Shown: positions 1 through 9,325, numbered from the stretch's first letter. The stretch is 64,000 bases of DNA from Patescibacteria group bacterium (GCA_018813295.1 JAHJBZ010000066.1:11231-75230), one strand, 5' to 3'. Made by a program: numbers and translations. The notes: generated from the letters alone by a model not told the origin.

Positions 1-49
1 AGCGCCACCCGCCTAAGGCGGGCTCCACCATAGCGCCACAACAGAAAAC

Positions 50-1504
50 ATGATAAAAGACCTCAAACAACTCAGCCCGGGTTTATATGAAATTCCCAAA
101 ACATACAAAAAAGGTATGCTCGTACCTGCACGTATTTTTGCATCTCCGGAGTTATTGGAAAAAATGGACGAAGGTGTTTTTGATCAGGTGACAAATATCG
201 CCACGTTACCAGGAATCGTAGAAGCTGCTTACTGTATGCCGGATGGCCATTGGGGTTATGGATTTCCAATCGGAGGAGTGGCTGCATTCGATCCGGACAA
301 TGACGGAATTATTTCCCCCGGTGGAATTGGTTTTGACATTAATTGCGGCATGCGACTTATTACGACCAATTTGACTGAAGATGATGTAAAACCAAGACTG
401 CATGATTTAATAGACCATTTATATGCCAAAATTCCTGTTGGGGCTGGTCAGCATGGTTTTGTACGCTTACATCAAAAGGAATTCAAACAAGTAATTAAAA
501 AGGGGGCAAGATGGTGCCTGGAAAACGGTTATGCAGAGCAGGAGGATCTGGAAAGAACGGAAAATCACGGTGAATTTAATTGGGCAAATCCTGAAAAAGT
601 ATCCGATAGAGCGATTAAAAGAGGTTATAACCAAATCGGAACGTTAGGAAGCGGAAATCACTATCTGGAAATTCAGGTTGTACGTGATGAAAACATTTTT
701 GATAAAAAATTAGCCAATGCTTTTGGGATTTTTGGTCAAAATCAAATTGTAATCATGTTCCATTGTGGCAGTCGCGGTTTTGGACACCAGGTTGCAACGG
801 ACTACCTCCAAAAATTCCTAAAAAAAATGCCGCAATACGGTATTCCTATACTCGATAAAGAGCTAAGCTGTGCACCATTTAACAGCCAGGAGGGTCAGGA
901 CTATTTTGCAGCCATGGCATGCGCCGCAAACATGGCATTTGCAAACAGGCAGGTAATTTTTCATCAAATTAAAAAGTGTTTCAGTAATATTTTTGGTAAA
1001 ACTCCTCAGGATCTTGGAATAGAACAGCTATATGACGTTACCCACAACACAGCCAAACTGGAGGATCATAAAGTTGGCGGTAAAATCAAAAAATTACTCG
1101 TTCATCGCAAAGGTTCCACACGCTCTTTCCCGCCAGGCCATCCGGATCTGGAGGAGGACTTTCAGGAAACAGGTCAACCGGTTATTATTGGAGGATCTAT
1201 GGCAACTGGTTCTTATTTGCTTGTGGGGACGCAGGAAGCAATGGAAAAAAGTTGGGGTTCCACCGCCCACGGCTCAGGCCGTGCCATGTCTCGCCATAAA
1301 GCAAAAAAAATGGTTAGAGGTAGGGATTTACAGCGAGAAATGGAACAGCAGGGAATTTATGTGAAGACATGCTCTTTTTCCGGTTTAGCAGAAGAAGCTG
1401 GCTTTGCCTACAAAAATATTACTGAAGTAGTTGAAGCCTGTGAGCTTTCAGGAATCTCCAAAAAAGTGGTAGCATTTGAACCAATTGGAAATATTAAAGG
1501 TTAA
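50..1504 (+). CDS. rtcB: RtcB family RNA ligase
   Basis: Motifs MPDGHWGYGFPIGG, GFDINCG, GTLGSGNHYLE, HCGSRG, HRKG, HGSGR. Confidence 0.97.
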   Translation: MIKDLKQLSPGLYEIPKTYKKGMLVPARIFASPELLEKMDEGVFDQVTNIATLPGIVEAAYCMPDGHWGYGFPIGGVAAFDPDNDGIISPGGIGFDINCGMRLITTNLTEDDVKPRLHDLIDHLYAKIPVGAGQHGFVRLHQKEFKQVIKKGARWCLENGYAEQEDLERTENHGEFNWANPEKVSDRAIKRGYNQIGTLGSGNHYLEIQVVRDENIFDKKLANAFGIFGQNQIVIMFHCGSRGFGHQVATDYLQKFLKKMPQYGIPILDKELSCAPFNSQEGQDYFAAMACAANMAFANRQVIFHQIKKCFSNIFGKTPQDLGIEQLYDVTHNTAKLEDHKVGGKIKKLLVHRKGSTRSFPPGHPDLEEDFQETGQPVIIGGSMATGSYLLVGTQEAMEKSWGSTAHGSGRAMSRHKAKKMVRGRDLQREMEQQGIYVKTCSFSGLAEEAGFAYKNITEVVEACELSGISKKVVAFEPIGNIKG

Positions 1505-1508
1505 CTAT

Positions 1509-2012
1509 ATGAGATTATTCATTTCAATCGACGTGCCAAAAGAATTTCATCGTTACTGTCAGCAATTACAGGATCAGTTTCCTGATATTAGAAAAACAAA
1601 TGAGTTTCATTTAACACTTCAATTTTTGGGTGATGATATTGAAGATGCTGAACCAATTATTGAAACACTAAAAACCATAAAATTCGAACAATTTGAATTA
1701 GAAATGGGTGATGCGCTCCCCTTCCCCAATCCATTTCAACCACGAGGAATTTGGATTGAATGCAAAAAAACTGACGCTCTCGAAAAATTAGCAAATGACA
1801 TACGAGAAGCCTTAGAACCTCTAGGATTTATTCCAGACAAACCTTTTAAAGCGCATATAACTTTAGGCCGATTTAGAAAGCCACCGCATAAAAAACCTGA
1901 AAAAATTGAAGGCGAACAGCACAAATTCACAGTCAATCACTTCAATTTAATGGAAAGCATGCTCAGTCCAATCGGACCGAAATACAAAAGAATAATAAAA
2001 ATAAATTATTAA
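1509..2012 (+). CDS. thpR: RNA 2',3'-cyclic phosphodiesterase (2H phosphoesterase)
   Basis: Starts MRLFISID (ATG 1509); two HxT motifs (HLTL, HITL); directly after rtcB. Confidence 0.92.
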   Translation: MRLFISIDVPKEFHRYCQQLQDQFPDIRKTNEFHLTLQFLGDDIEDAEPIIETLKTIKFEQFELEMGDALPFPNPFQPRGIWIECKKTDALEKLANDIREALEPLGFIPDKPFKAHITLGRFRKPPHKKPEKIEGEQHKFTVNHFNLMESMLSPIGPKYKRIIKINY

Positions 2013-2015
2013 TTT

Positions 2016-2078
2016 TAGATCAGTGAAATCAAATTCTGCGTAATGAGACAAATCCGAAAAATCTGCGGTTCAGACAAT
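2016..2078. repeat. Orphan right arm of the TTGTCTGAAC TIR element family
   Basis: Ends ...AATCTGCGGTTCAGACAAT with degenerate AATC sub-repeats, like the arm at 61371-61416; no left arm seen. Confidence 0.65.
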
Positions 2079-2094
2079 AACCATTTAAAAAAAC

Positions 2095-2123
2095 TGAAAG
2101 AAAAGATACAATGCAAATGTATT
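2095..2123 (+). promoter_or_regulatory. Putative ECF-sigma promoter
   Basis: TGAAAG-AAAA-N13-TGTATT; same motif upstream of 5430(-) and 6973(-). Confidence 0.55.
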
Positions 2124-2183
2124 TAACATTGAACGTATTATTACGTTTTTATTTTTAATTTTATTTCATAACAATATAAAATC

Positions 2184-4214
2184 ATGAGAAATAAATTTAT
2201 TAAAAGAGTTGCCATTACTCTCACCTTTTTAATGGTGTCAATGCAGCTCACCGCCCTGCCAACTTATGCTCTTGTGGGAGATGCAAGCACTGGCTCTTGT
2301 GCCACAGAAGTGTGTACAACCACTGGTAATACTGCATCCAATGTATCAGGTGCTGGCCAAGCCGAAGAAGTACCTACAGAAGAAATTGAAGGTGAAACTC
2401 AAGGTGAAGTAACTGCAACCTTATATGACAGCCCCGGTGATGACACTGTAACAAGTGCAACCACGATTCCTACCGGAGATTTTTCAGTAGATAGTTTTTT
2501 TGACATAGTTGTCGAAGTAGATTTCGATGAGGAAGTGGATACCGATAATTTAGTTGAGTTAGTTGTCGATGAACTTGAAGTTGCCGATGATGATGAAGGG
2601 GCAGCTATTATCGACGAAGCAATTGATGAACTATTAGAGGAAATTGAAGATATGAGTGACGAAGAAGCAGAAGAGGCTTTAGAAGATCTTGAGGAAGAAA
2701 TTGAAGAAGCAATTGAAGATGCCGAAGAAGAGGCAGGGCAAGGACAGCAAAGCGGAAAAGCACATAGAAAAATCTGGCTGCTGAAAAAATTATTAACCAA
2801 ACTACGTGCTGAATTCCTAAAAGAACATCCGGGAATTGCGAGTATAATTCGCCATGTCACAAATCACCGAGGAATTTATTTAATTCGTTGGGGTAATTTA
2901 GACGGGGGCTGGCCTTGTGCCGGCTATGACCAGGATGAAATTGCTGCAAATTTAGAGGCAGGTGAAACACCATGTGGAGTAGACGTAGTTAACTACGATG
3001 GAATAATTTCTGTGGACAAAGGCACATTAAACGTACGCAAAGAAGTGCTTTTTGAAAATAACGATACCGTAACAAGTTCAAGCGGGTCATCCATTTCATT
3101 TGATTCTGTAATCGCAGGCCATTGGGATGGCTTACTTGTAACATACGTTCCTGCTGCAAACGATGATGGAACACAAGGAGAAGTAAATGTAACAGTTTCT
3201 ATTGGTGATTTAAACGAAACATACACAGGAAGCGAAGTATTTGGGACAAGAGATATAGGCAACGAGCATAAAATTGAAATTAAAAAACTCAGCAATATTT
3301 TAACCGGAGTTTCATCTGACAATATTGGTAAACTTATCCTTGCCAAGTTAAGCGTTTACAACAAAATAAATAATATTCTCGCAAAACTTTATCGCCTGAG
3401 AATGTTAAATGTAGGTGGTGATGCACTTGATGATCTTGAAGATTTAATTGAGGGAATAGAAGATGATAATCTTGATGAAGACAGTGCAGAAGAATTAGAA
3501 GATCTTCTCGATGAATTATATAACGAACTTGATGATGATCTAACAGAAGATGAACTGGATGATATAGTAGATGAATTGGAAAATGATTATGATGATGTGG
3601 ATTCTGCAGCTACAGGCCGTAAATTCGCAGCGGGATTGTTACCATTCAGTGATACTGATGATGACGCATGGTATACAGAATATGTTTCAGCTGTTAAAAA
3701 CAGTGGAATTATAAGTGGATATAAAAATGCTGATGGAAGCTCCACAGGCCAGTACGGACCAGGTAACAATGTTACCGTTGCTGAAATCATAAAAATCGCT
3801 TTAGAAACTACAGGCGAAGGAACCTCAGACAGTACACCAGGCTTAAATGCTGCATGGCATCATTGGGCTAAGGGTTATGTTGCAAGAGCAGAAGAGCTTG
3901 GTCTTGATATTGTAAATGACGACGGTTTAGATTTAGATCGCCCTGCCACCCGCGGGGAAGTTGTCAGAATAATGTTAGAAGTTCTTGGTATCAGTCCAGA
4001 CCCAGTTACCGGAACAGACTTCTTTGATGTACTTACTACCCATGAGCATGCCGCATACGTTCAATATGCAAAAGATTTAGGAATAGTTAGCGGTGACGAT
4101 ACTACCGGCGCTTTTAGGCCAGATGATTCAATAAACCGTGCTGAAGCTGCAAAAATAGCTAACCTAATTCTAAGTGTAGTACTAGGCGGCTATGATAGCT
4201 TCTTCGACATCTAA
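2184..4214 (+). CDS. Secreted acidic protein with C-terminal S-layer homology (SLH) domains
   Basis: N-terminal signal peptide; D/E-rich helical segments; SLH-like motifs FSDTDDDAWY..GIISGY, TRGE, GIVSG..FRPDDSINRAE. Confidence 0.85.
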   Translation: MRNKFIKRVAITLTFLMVSMQLTALPTYALVGDASTGSCATEVCTTTGNTASNVSGAGQAEEVPTEEIEGETQGEVTATLYDSPGDDTVTSATTIPTGDFSVDSFFDIVVEVDFDEEVDTDNLVELVVDELEVADDDEGAAIIDEAIDELLEEIEDMSDEEAEEALEDLEEEIEEAIEDAEEEAGQGQQSGKAHRKIWLLKKLLTKLRAEFLKEHPGIASIIRHVTNHRGIYLIRWGNLDGGWPCAGYDQDEIAANLEAGETPCGVDVVNYDGIISVDKGTLNVRKEVLFENNDTVTSSSGSSISFDSVIAGHWDGLLVTYVPAANDDGTQGEVNVTVSIGDLNETYTGSEVFGTRDIGNEHKIEIKKLSNILTGVSSDNIGKLILAKLSVYNKINNILAKLYRLRMLNVGGDALDDLEDLIEGIEDDNLDEDSAEELEDLLDELYNELDDDLTEDELDDIVDELENDYDDVDSAATGRKFAAGLLPFSDTDDDAWYTEYVSAVKNSGIISGYKNADGSSTGQYGPGNNVTVAEIIKIALETTGEGTSDSTPGLNAAWHHWAKGYVARAEELGLDIVNDDGLDLDRPATRGEVVRIMLEVLGISPDPVTGTDFFDVLTTHEHAAYVQYAKDLGIVSGDDTTGAFRPDDSINRAEAAKIANLILSVVLGGYDSFFDI

Positions 4215-4229
4215 AACAATCTAATCACT

Positions 4230-4267
4230 AAAACCCCGTGTCTGGATCGTCTAGATACGGGGTTTTT
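4230..4267 (+). terminator. Intrinsic terminator
   Basis: AAAACCCCGTGTCTGGA-TCG-TCTAGATACGGGGTTTTT hairpin with T tract after the SLH gene. Confidence 0.85.
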
Positions 4268-4391
4268 GTTATGCAACGTAAAGACTAAAGGGTATATAAC
4301 TTAAGGAAAAAGACCCTTAAGCCCTTTAGTAATTAGCCCTTCAGTTTATAAGTTATCTGTTGTATCGTTATGTCGTCATATCGTTTATTAT

Positions 4392-4967
4392 ATGGAACTC
4401 TTTTCGCGCCACAAAAGAAAATTGGAGCGCTTAATTGATATAATTATAATCCTCTTAATAATAGGATGGATTATATTCTTATTTGCTGTAGACCTGGAAA
4501 AAATAATCGAGAATATCGGAGTGCATAATGGATATCTTTTGGCGTTTACTAGCTCATTTTTTGGAGGACTGGTAACAGTAACATTTGCATCCGTTTATCC
4601 AACAATCATCGCCTTTGCGTTAGGGGGGCTCAACCCCATAATATTAGGTATTATTGCAGAAATCGGATTAACAATAGCCAACATGATTTATTTTTATCTT
4701 GGGCGAAAAAGTCGAGTTGTTGCGGAGTACTCATCAACATTCGATAAATACAGCCATCGCATTCTAAAATGGATAAACAGTAAACCAAACTGGCTAATTC
4801 CAATTCTTATATGGATTTATGTAGGACTTAGCCCGTTTCCAAACAACTTGCTCACAACTTCAAGTGGACTGATTGATTTCTCATACAAAAAAATAATCAT
4901 CCCATTGTTTTTAGGAAACATAACACTGATGACAATCCTGGCCTACTTTGGAGTTTTATTTGATTAA
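4392..4967 (+). CDS. DedA/VTT (SNARE-associated)-like membrane protein
   Basis: Multiple TM segments, YFYLGR and SPFPNN motifs typical of the family. Confidence 0.65.
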   Translation: MELFSRHKRKLERLIDIIIILLIIGWIIFLFAVDLEKIIENIGVHNGYLLAFTSSFFGGLVTVTFASVYPTIIAFALGGLNPIILGIIAEIGLTIANMIYFYLGRKSRVVAEYSSTFDKYSHRILKWINSKPNWLIPILIWIYVGLSPFPNNLLTTSSGLIDFSYKKIIIPLFLGNITLMTILAYFGVLFD

Positions 4968-5013
4968 CAAAAAACAATCGCTGGCTCCATGGTTATACCT
5001 GGAGTCAGCGATG
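4968..5013 (-). terminator. Intrinsic terminator between convergent genes
   Basis: ATCGCTGGCTCCA...TGGAGTCAGCGAT stem; T tract on the minus strand. Confidence 0.7.
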
Positions 5014-5064
5014 TCTTACAGCTCATTCCGATATTGTCGGAAATAGCTTTTTAACCCTATTGAT

Positions 5065-5430
5065 CTATTGCTTAGGCTTTGGAGGCTTTGGTAAACCTAA
5101 TTCCTCCATAATTGAATGTGCTTCCTGCATTTTAGCTCGTCCCTCCTCAATCAATTGATGAGCTTCTACAAATTGATCCCAATTGCTCTCATTAATTATT
5201 TCTAAAATCTTAGCACCGCGTGGTGACTCGCTAACAAGCGAATACCAGGTATCATAATCTCCGTTACTAATAGCTTCGTGAATTGCTGAGCGCATTTCCT
5301 GACGCTCTTCAATGGTTGGCTTTGAAACCTCTTCCTCAGACATTTCATCTGCATAAGATGCCCCAAGCATAGTGAATGTAAAGACAAGTATTAATGTCAT
5401 CACTGCACCAATAGTCGTATACTTTTTCAT
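5065..5430 (-). CDS. Secreted helical protein of unknown function
   Basis: Signal peptide ending ASYA; downstream of the ECF sigma/anti-sigma pair. Confidence 0.75.
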   Translation of the reverse strand: MKKYTTIGAVMTLILVFTFTMLGASYADEMSEEEVSKPTIEERQEMRSAIHEAISNGDYDTWYSLVSESPRGAKILEIINESNWDQFVEAHQLIEEGRAKMQEAHSIMEELGLPKPPKPKQ

Positions 5431-5488
5431 GTTATTTATAAATTAAAAAATTAAAATTTTGAGTGGCCACTCTAAAGCTTCACTAATT

Positions 5489-5516
5489 AATACACCTGTT
5501 AAAAAATTTTCTTTCA
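5489..5516 (-). promoter_or_regulatory. Putative ECF-sigma promoter
   Basis: Minus strand TGAAAG-AAAA-N12-TGTATT. Confidence 0.55.
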
Positions 5517-5620
5517 GAAAATTTTTTAAATTTAAGAATATTGAACGCTGAATTTATATTTTTAAAATAAACCCCTGCCTATAAAAACAGATTTAAAATC
5601 AAATCAAAAATCTAAAATCG

Positions 5621-6376
5621 CTAATCAATATTCTTAAATCGATCAGGAGGAGTTGGTGGCCTCATCTTCCCTTCAGGTCTCACCGGCGGCTTCCAAAGCA
5701 TTATCCTCTTAGCCTTAAATTCATCCTCATCAATCTTTTCTCCAAGTACGCCAATAGATTGACGTAACTGCAATCTAAAATCATCCTTAAATTCAGCATC
5801 GGTAATATCCACTGTCCATTTTGTTCCTTTAAAATCAATCATCATAATTTGCTCATCAGACATTAAATTGATAATGCGACCAACAAGCGCACCTCTGTCT
5901 GGTACAACCATAGCTCCATCACGCTTCTCTTTCCAGGTTGCATAAGGAGGAATACTTTCAGCTAAAGCCGTATCAACAGAATGTCCTACTCCTACGAAAT
6001 ATAAACCGGACCCAAATAGCAAAGAGATCACCACTGAGGTTATTACAACCATAACCGGACTGTATCTATATCCCTTTTTGGTTTTTTCAAAAAGCATTGT
6101 TGCCAAAAACATTATAAGACCCAATATTGCGATCCATATATAAGGAAGTACCAACATAAAAGAATGTATTGCACCATTTCCAACATAACGAACAATCTCC
6201 CAATCGACTCCGGTAATTACCCGCAAAATTACACTGATGGCCAAACTACCAAGAACTACAGAAGTAGCTAAAGCTACCCAGAGCAACACATGAAGCAGAA
6301 CAAACTGCCAACGCGACCTTGGTTGAATTTTATTCTTCTTAATTGTGCCTAAAATGGATTTGCTTAGCTTCGTCAT
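5621..6376 (-). CDS. Probable membrane anti-sigma factor
   Basis: Three TM helices plus a C-terminal beta-rich domain; starts 3 nt after the ECF sigma stop. Confidence 0.65.
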   Translation of the reverse strand: MTKLSKSILGTIKKNKIQPRSRWQFVLLHVLLWVALATSVVLGSLAISVILRVITGVDWEIVRYVGNGAIHSFMLVLPYIWIAILGLIMFLATMLFEKTKKGYRYSPVMVVITSVVISLLFGSGLYFVGVGHSVDTALAESIPPYATWKEKRDGAMVVPDRGALVGRIINLMSDEQIMMIDFKGTKWTVDITDAEFKDDFRLQLRQSIGVLGEKIDEDEFKAKRIMLWKPPVRPEGKMRPPTPPDRFKNID

Positions 6377-6379
6377 AAA

Positions 6380-6973
6380 TTAGGATATTAAATATATAAG
6401 ATTGTTCTTTTCAGCTATTTGTTTGAATTGAGCTTTCGCGCGATTGATTAATGTGGCAACTGTACCCATTGGTTTTTTCAAAATATCGCTTATTTCTTTA
6501 TAATCCTTTTCGTCGAGATAACGGAGTATTAGTATTTCTCTGAAATCTGGAGACAGCATTGAAAGAACTTTTCGTACTTTTTGCTGTAAATCTTTCTTTT
6601 TTATATCTTTCACAATATTCACATCACTTTCTAGAATATCGATCAGACTTTTAACATCGTCATCATCTGTTTCAATGGGCAATGTTTTGTGTCGATTGAT
6701 TTTTTTAATCTGATTTATAGTTTCGTTATGTGTAATCCGGTAAACCCAGGAAGAGAAGCCTAAATCGAGATCAAAATCATTGAGATTTTTATAAATTTTT
6801 ATAAACACTTCCTGCAAGATGTCTTCAGCTGTTTCCCTATTTACCCCTGAAAAATGACGAATGTACCTAAACAGCTTTTTCTCATAACGTTCCATTAGAT
6901 ACAAAAACACCTCCTGATCTTTCAAGGTTAAGGAAACGAGCTCAGCATCAGTCTTTTTGGAGTAATCTTGCAT
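6380..6973 (-). CDS. ECF (sigma-70 group 4) sigma factor
   Basis: Region 2 AEDILQEVFIKIY..FSSWVYRI; region 4 YKEISDILKKPMGTVATLINRA. Confidence 0.95.
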   Translation of the reverse strand: MQDYSKKTDAELVSLTLKDQEVFLYLMERYEKKLFRYIRHFSGVNRETAEDILQEVFIKIYKNLNDFDLDLGFSSWVYRITHNETINQIKKINRHKTLPIETDDDDVKSLIDILESDVNIVKDIKKKDLQQKVRKVLSMLSPDFREILILRYLDEKDYKEISDILKKPMGTVATLINRAKAQFKQIAEKNNLIYLIS

Positions 6974-7005
6974 GCAAAAAAATATAGGAAACGCTACTAT
7001 ATAAT

Positions 7006-7034
7006 ACTACAAAATAGAAGAATATTTTCTTTCA
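7006..7034 (-). promoter_or_regulatory. Putative autoregulatory ECF promoter
   Basis: Minus strand TGAAAG-AAAA-N13-TGTAGT. Confidence 0.5.
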
Positions 7035-7073
7035 AAATTCTCTTGCTTTTTACCTTACATAAATATATCATCC

Positions 7074-7096
7074 TTATTGAGAATCATTATCAATAA
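7074..7096. promoter_or_regulatory. Fur/PerR box
   Basis: TTATTGAGAAT-C-ATTATCAATAA; the core TGAGAATCATTATCA is one mismatch from the 7-1-7 box TGATAATnATTATCA; 3 nt before the regulator ATG. Confidence 0.8.
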
Positions 7097-7099
7097 GAA

Positions 7100-7498
7100 A
7101 TGATAACCAAAGATAAAAATCAGCGAGTTACCAGACAAAGGAAGATTATCCTTGATGAAATATGCAAAGTTTGCTGCCACCCTACTGCAAAGCAAGTTTA
7201 CAAAATGACAAAAAAGAAAATGCCAAATATTGGCTTAGCTACTGTATATAGAACTTTGGACTTTTTGGAAAAAAAGAATTTAATAATCAAATTACAATCA
7301 AAAAATAGTGTTACCAAATACGATGGCAATACTTCAAGACACTGTCATTTAATTTGTAAATTATGTGGTAAAATAATTGATATTTTTGATATTAAAAAAG
7401 TCAAAATAGATTCCGATGAATTAAAAAAGTCCGGTTTTGAGCCATCATTGGATTTTTTAGAAATTCATGGCATATGCAAAAAATGTAAAAATTGTTAA
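7100..7498 (+). CDS. Fur family regulator (PerR-like by context)
   Basis: [27 protein letters not shown]; heads an oxidative-stress operon. Confidence 0.92.
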   Translation: MITKDKNQRVTRQRKIILDEICKVCCHPTAKQVYKMTKKKMPNIGLATVYRTLDFLEKKNLIIKLQSKNSVTKYDGNTSRHCHLICKLCGKIIDIFDIKKVKIDSDELKKSGFEPSLDFLEIHGICKKCKNC

Positions 7499-7526
7499 AA
7501 TCACTTTACCTATTAACCCTATTATC

Positions 7527-8111
7527 ATGAATGAAACAATTCAAAACTTAACAAAAGCATTTATTGGTGAAAGCCAAGCAAGAAATCGATATACGATTTA
7601 TGCAAAAGTCGCTAAAAAGGAAGGATATGAACAAATGTCAGAGATTTTTCTGACTACTGCAGACCAGGAAAGAGAACATGCAAAGTGGTTATTTAGAATG
7701 ATTAATGATTTAAAGAAAGAAAGTTCTAAAAATTTAGACACAATTAATGTAGATGTAGGAGCTCCAACAATAATGAGTGATACAAAAGAAAATCTAAAAG
7801 CAGCAATTGCTGGTGAACATTATGAATATGAATCAATGTATCCAGAATTTGCTGATACAGCTGAAAAAGAGGGATATCCAGATATTGCAAAAAGACTAAG
7901 AGCAATTGCTAACGCAGAAGAGCATCACGAAGAAAGATATAAAAAGCTATTAAAAGAATTAGAAGGAGGTACGGTATTTAAAAAAGCTGAAGAGACAACA
8001 TGGGTTTGTAGCAAATGTGGTCATACTCATACCGGTAATGAAGCACCTGATGCATGCCCTTCGTGAGGTCACCCAACAGCTTATTTTCAAGTAAAATGTG
8101 AAAACTATTAA
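7527..8111 (+). CDS. rbr: Rubrerythrin with an in-frame TGA (8064-8066) at the last rubredoxin Cys position
   Basis: [34 protein letters not shown][TGA][17 protein letters not shown]; the C-terminus after TGA is family-typical. Confidence 0.88.
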
Positions 8112-8130
8112 CTCTTAACTAATTAAGGTT

Positions 8131-8505
8131 ATGACTCAATTAAACCAAATCTATAAATGCAACGTTTGCGGGAATATAGTTGAAATGGTACATGCTGGAG
8201 CTGGCGAACTCGTTTGCTGCGGACAGCCGATGCAATTAATGAAAGAAAACACCGTAGATGCAGCACAAGAAAAACACGTGCCAGTTATCGAAAAAACGGA
8301 CACGGGCATCAAGGTTAAAGTTGGTGACGTGCCTCATCCAATGGAACAAGAGCATTATATTGAATGGATTGAAGTTTTGGCTGACGGAATGAGTTACAAA
8401 AAATTCCTAAATCCAGGTGACGCACCAGAAGCTGAATTTAACGTAACTAGTGATTCAGTCACAGCTCGTGAATACTGCAATTTACATGGACTGTGGAAAT
8501 CCTAG
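8131..8505 (+). CDS. dfx: Desulfoferrodoxin (2Fe superoxide reductase)
   Basis: [35 protein letters not shown]. Confidence 0.96.
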   Translation: MTQLNQIYKCNVCGNIVEMVHAGAGELVCCGQPMQLMKENTVDAAQEKHVPVIEKTDTGIKVKVGDVPHPMEQEHYIEWIEVLADGMSYKKFLNPGDAPEAEFNVTSDSVTAREYCNLHGLWKS

Positions 8506-8510
8506 AATCC

Positions 8511-8891
8511 TCAAGCCACAAACCCGAAATAAGCCATTAGCAAACCAAATACCAAAGTGAAATAAGGCATTATCTTCATGAAACTGCCCGTAAACATTGG
8601 CTCAAACCACTTTGTAAAGCCTGGAAAAATCATAAAATTTATACCTTTGACAACCCCTATCCAGCCAATCAAAGTTATAATAACCGGCCAATCCCATACC
8701 CAAATATTGTGATACTCAATAAGTATCATTCCGATTACGATTCCAAAAAGACTCATTAAGGGGTTAATCGCTGGAGTTTTTATAATGTCCTGAAACATTT
8801 TTTTATAGCTAATGGTGCCCATTAATACACCAATAGACATTGCAATGTAAATGACGCCAATGATTTTGGCAACAAAAATTGAAAGTTCCAT
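8511..8891 (-). CDS. Small 4-TM membrane protein
   Basis: Hydrophobic helices, HNIW..W motif. Confidence 0.75.
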   Translation of the reverse strand: MELSIFVAKIIGVIYIAMSIGVLMGTISYKKMFQDIIKTPAINPLMSLFGIVIGMILIEYHNIWVWDWPVIITLIGWIGVVKGINFMIFPGFTKWFEPMFTGSFMKIMPYFTLVFGLLMAYFGFVA

Positions 8892-9015
8892 ATGAAAAAT
8901 GAGTTATGAAATAATGATTATTTGAGTACTCGTAGCAAGTCCCGCTAAGCGGGACGCAGCGAGAGGATATTTGTTTTTGTGTAAAAAAGTATTTATTTGA
9001 TTATATCACACATTT

Positions 9016-9047
9016 AAAAAGCCCCCGATGTATATCGGAGGCTTTTT
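9016..9047. terminator. Bidirectional intrinsic terminator
   Basis: AAAAAGCCCCCGAT-GTAT-ATCGGAGGCTTTTT; 2 nt beyond the stop of the 9050-9169 ORF. Confidence 0.85.
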
Positions 9048-9049
9048 AA

Positions 9050-9169
9050 TTACCAACTATCATCATCCGTTTCATCTTCTTCAAGATTATAACACTTACA
9101 TTCACATTCCGGCTTTCCGCATTCTTCACATAAGGGACAATCTTGTCCACATTCACACTCGTCAAACAT
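9050..9169 (-). CDS. 39-aa Cys-rich acidic microprotein (metallothionein-like)
   Basis: Hand translation MFDECECGQDCPLCEECGKPECECKCYNLEEDETDDDSW*; 8 Cys; followed by a terminator; below the ORF-track cutoff. Confidence 0.7.
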   Translation of the reverse strand: MFDECECGQDCPLCEECGKPECECKCYNLEEDETDDDSW

Positions 9170-9202
9170 ATTTATCTGACTTAAATAATAAAATTCAAAG
9201 AC

Positions 9203-9325
9203 CTATTTCCTCTTTTTGGCCTTTGTCTTTTTTGTGGCTTTTTTAACCACTTTTTTTGTGGCTTTTTTAACCACTTTTTTTGCAGGTTTTTTAGCTGCTT
9301 TTTTTGTTGTTTTTTTCACTGGCAT
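9203..9325 (-). CDS. 40-aa Lys-rich histone H1-tail-like microprotein
   Basis: Hand translation MPVKKTTKKAAKKPAKKVVKKATKKVVKKATKKTKAKKRK*. Confidence 0.75.
   Translation of the reverse strand: MPVKKTTKKAAKKPAKKVVKKATKKVVKKATKKTKAKKRK

Noticed and set aside
9028..9246. 72-aa plus-strand ORF in the track
   Set aside because: Starts inside a terminator and is the antisense shadow of two better-supported minus-strand microproteins
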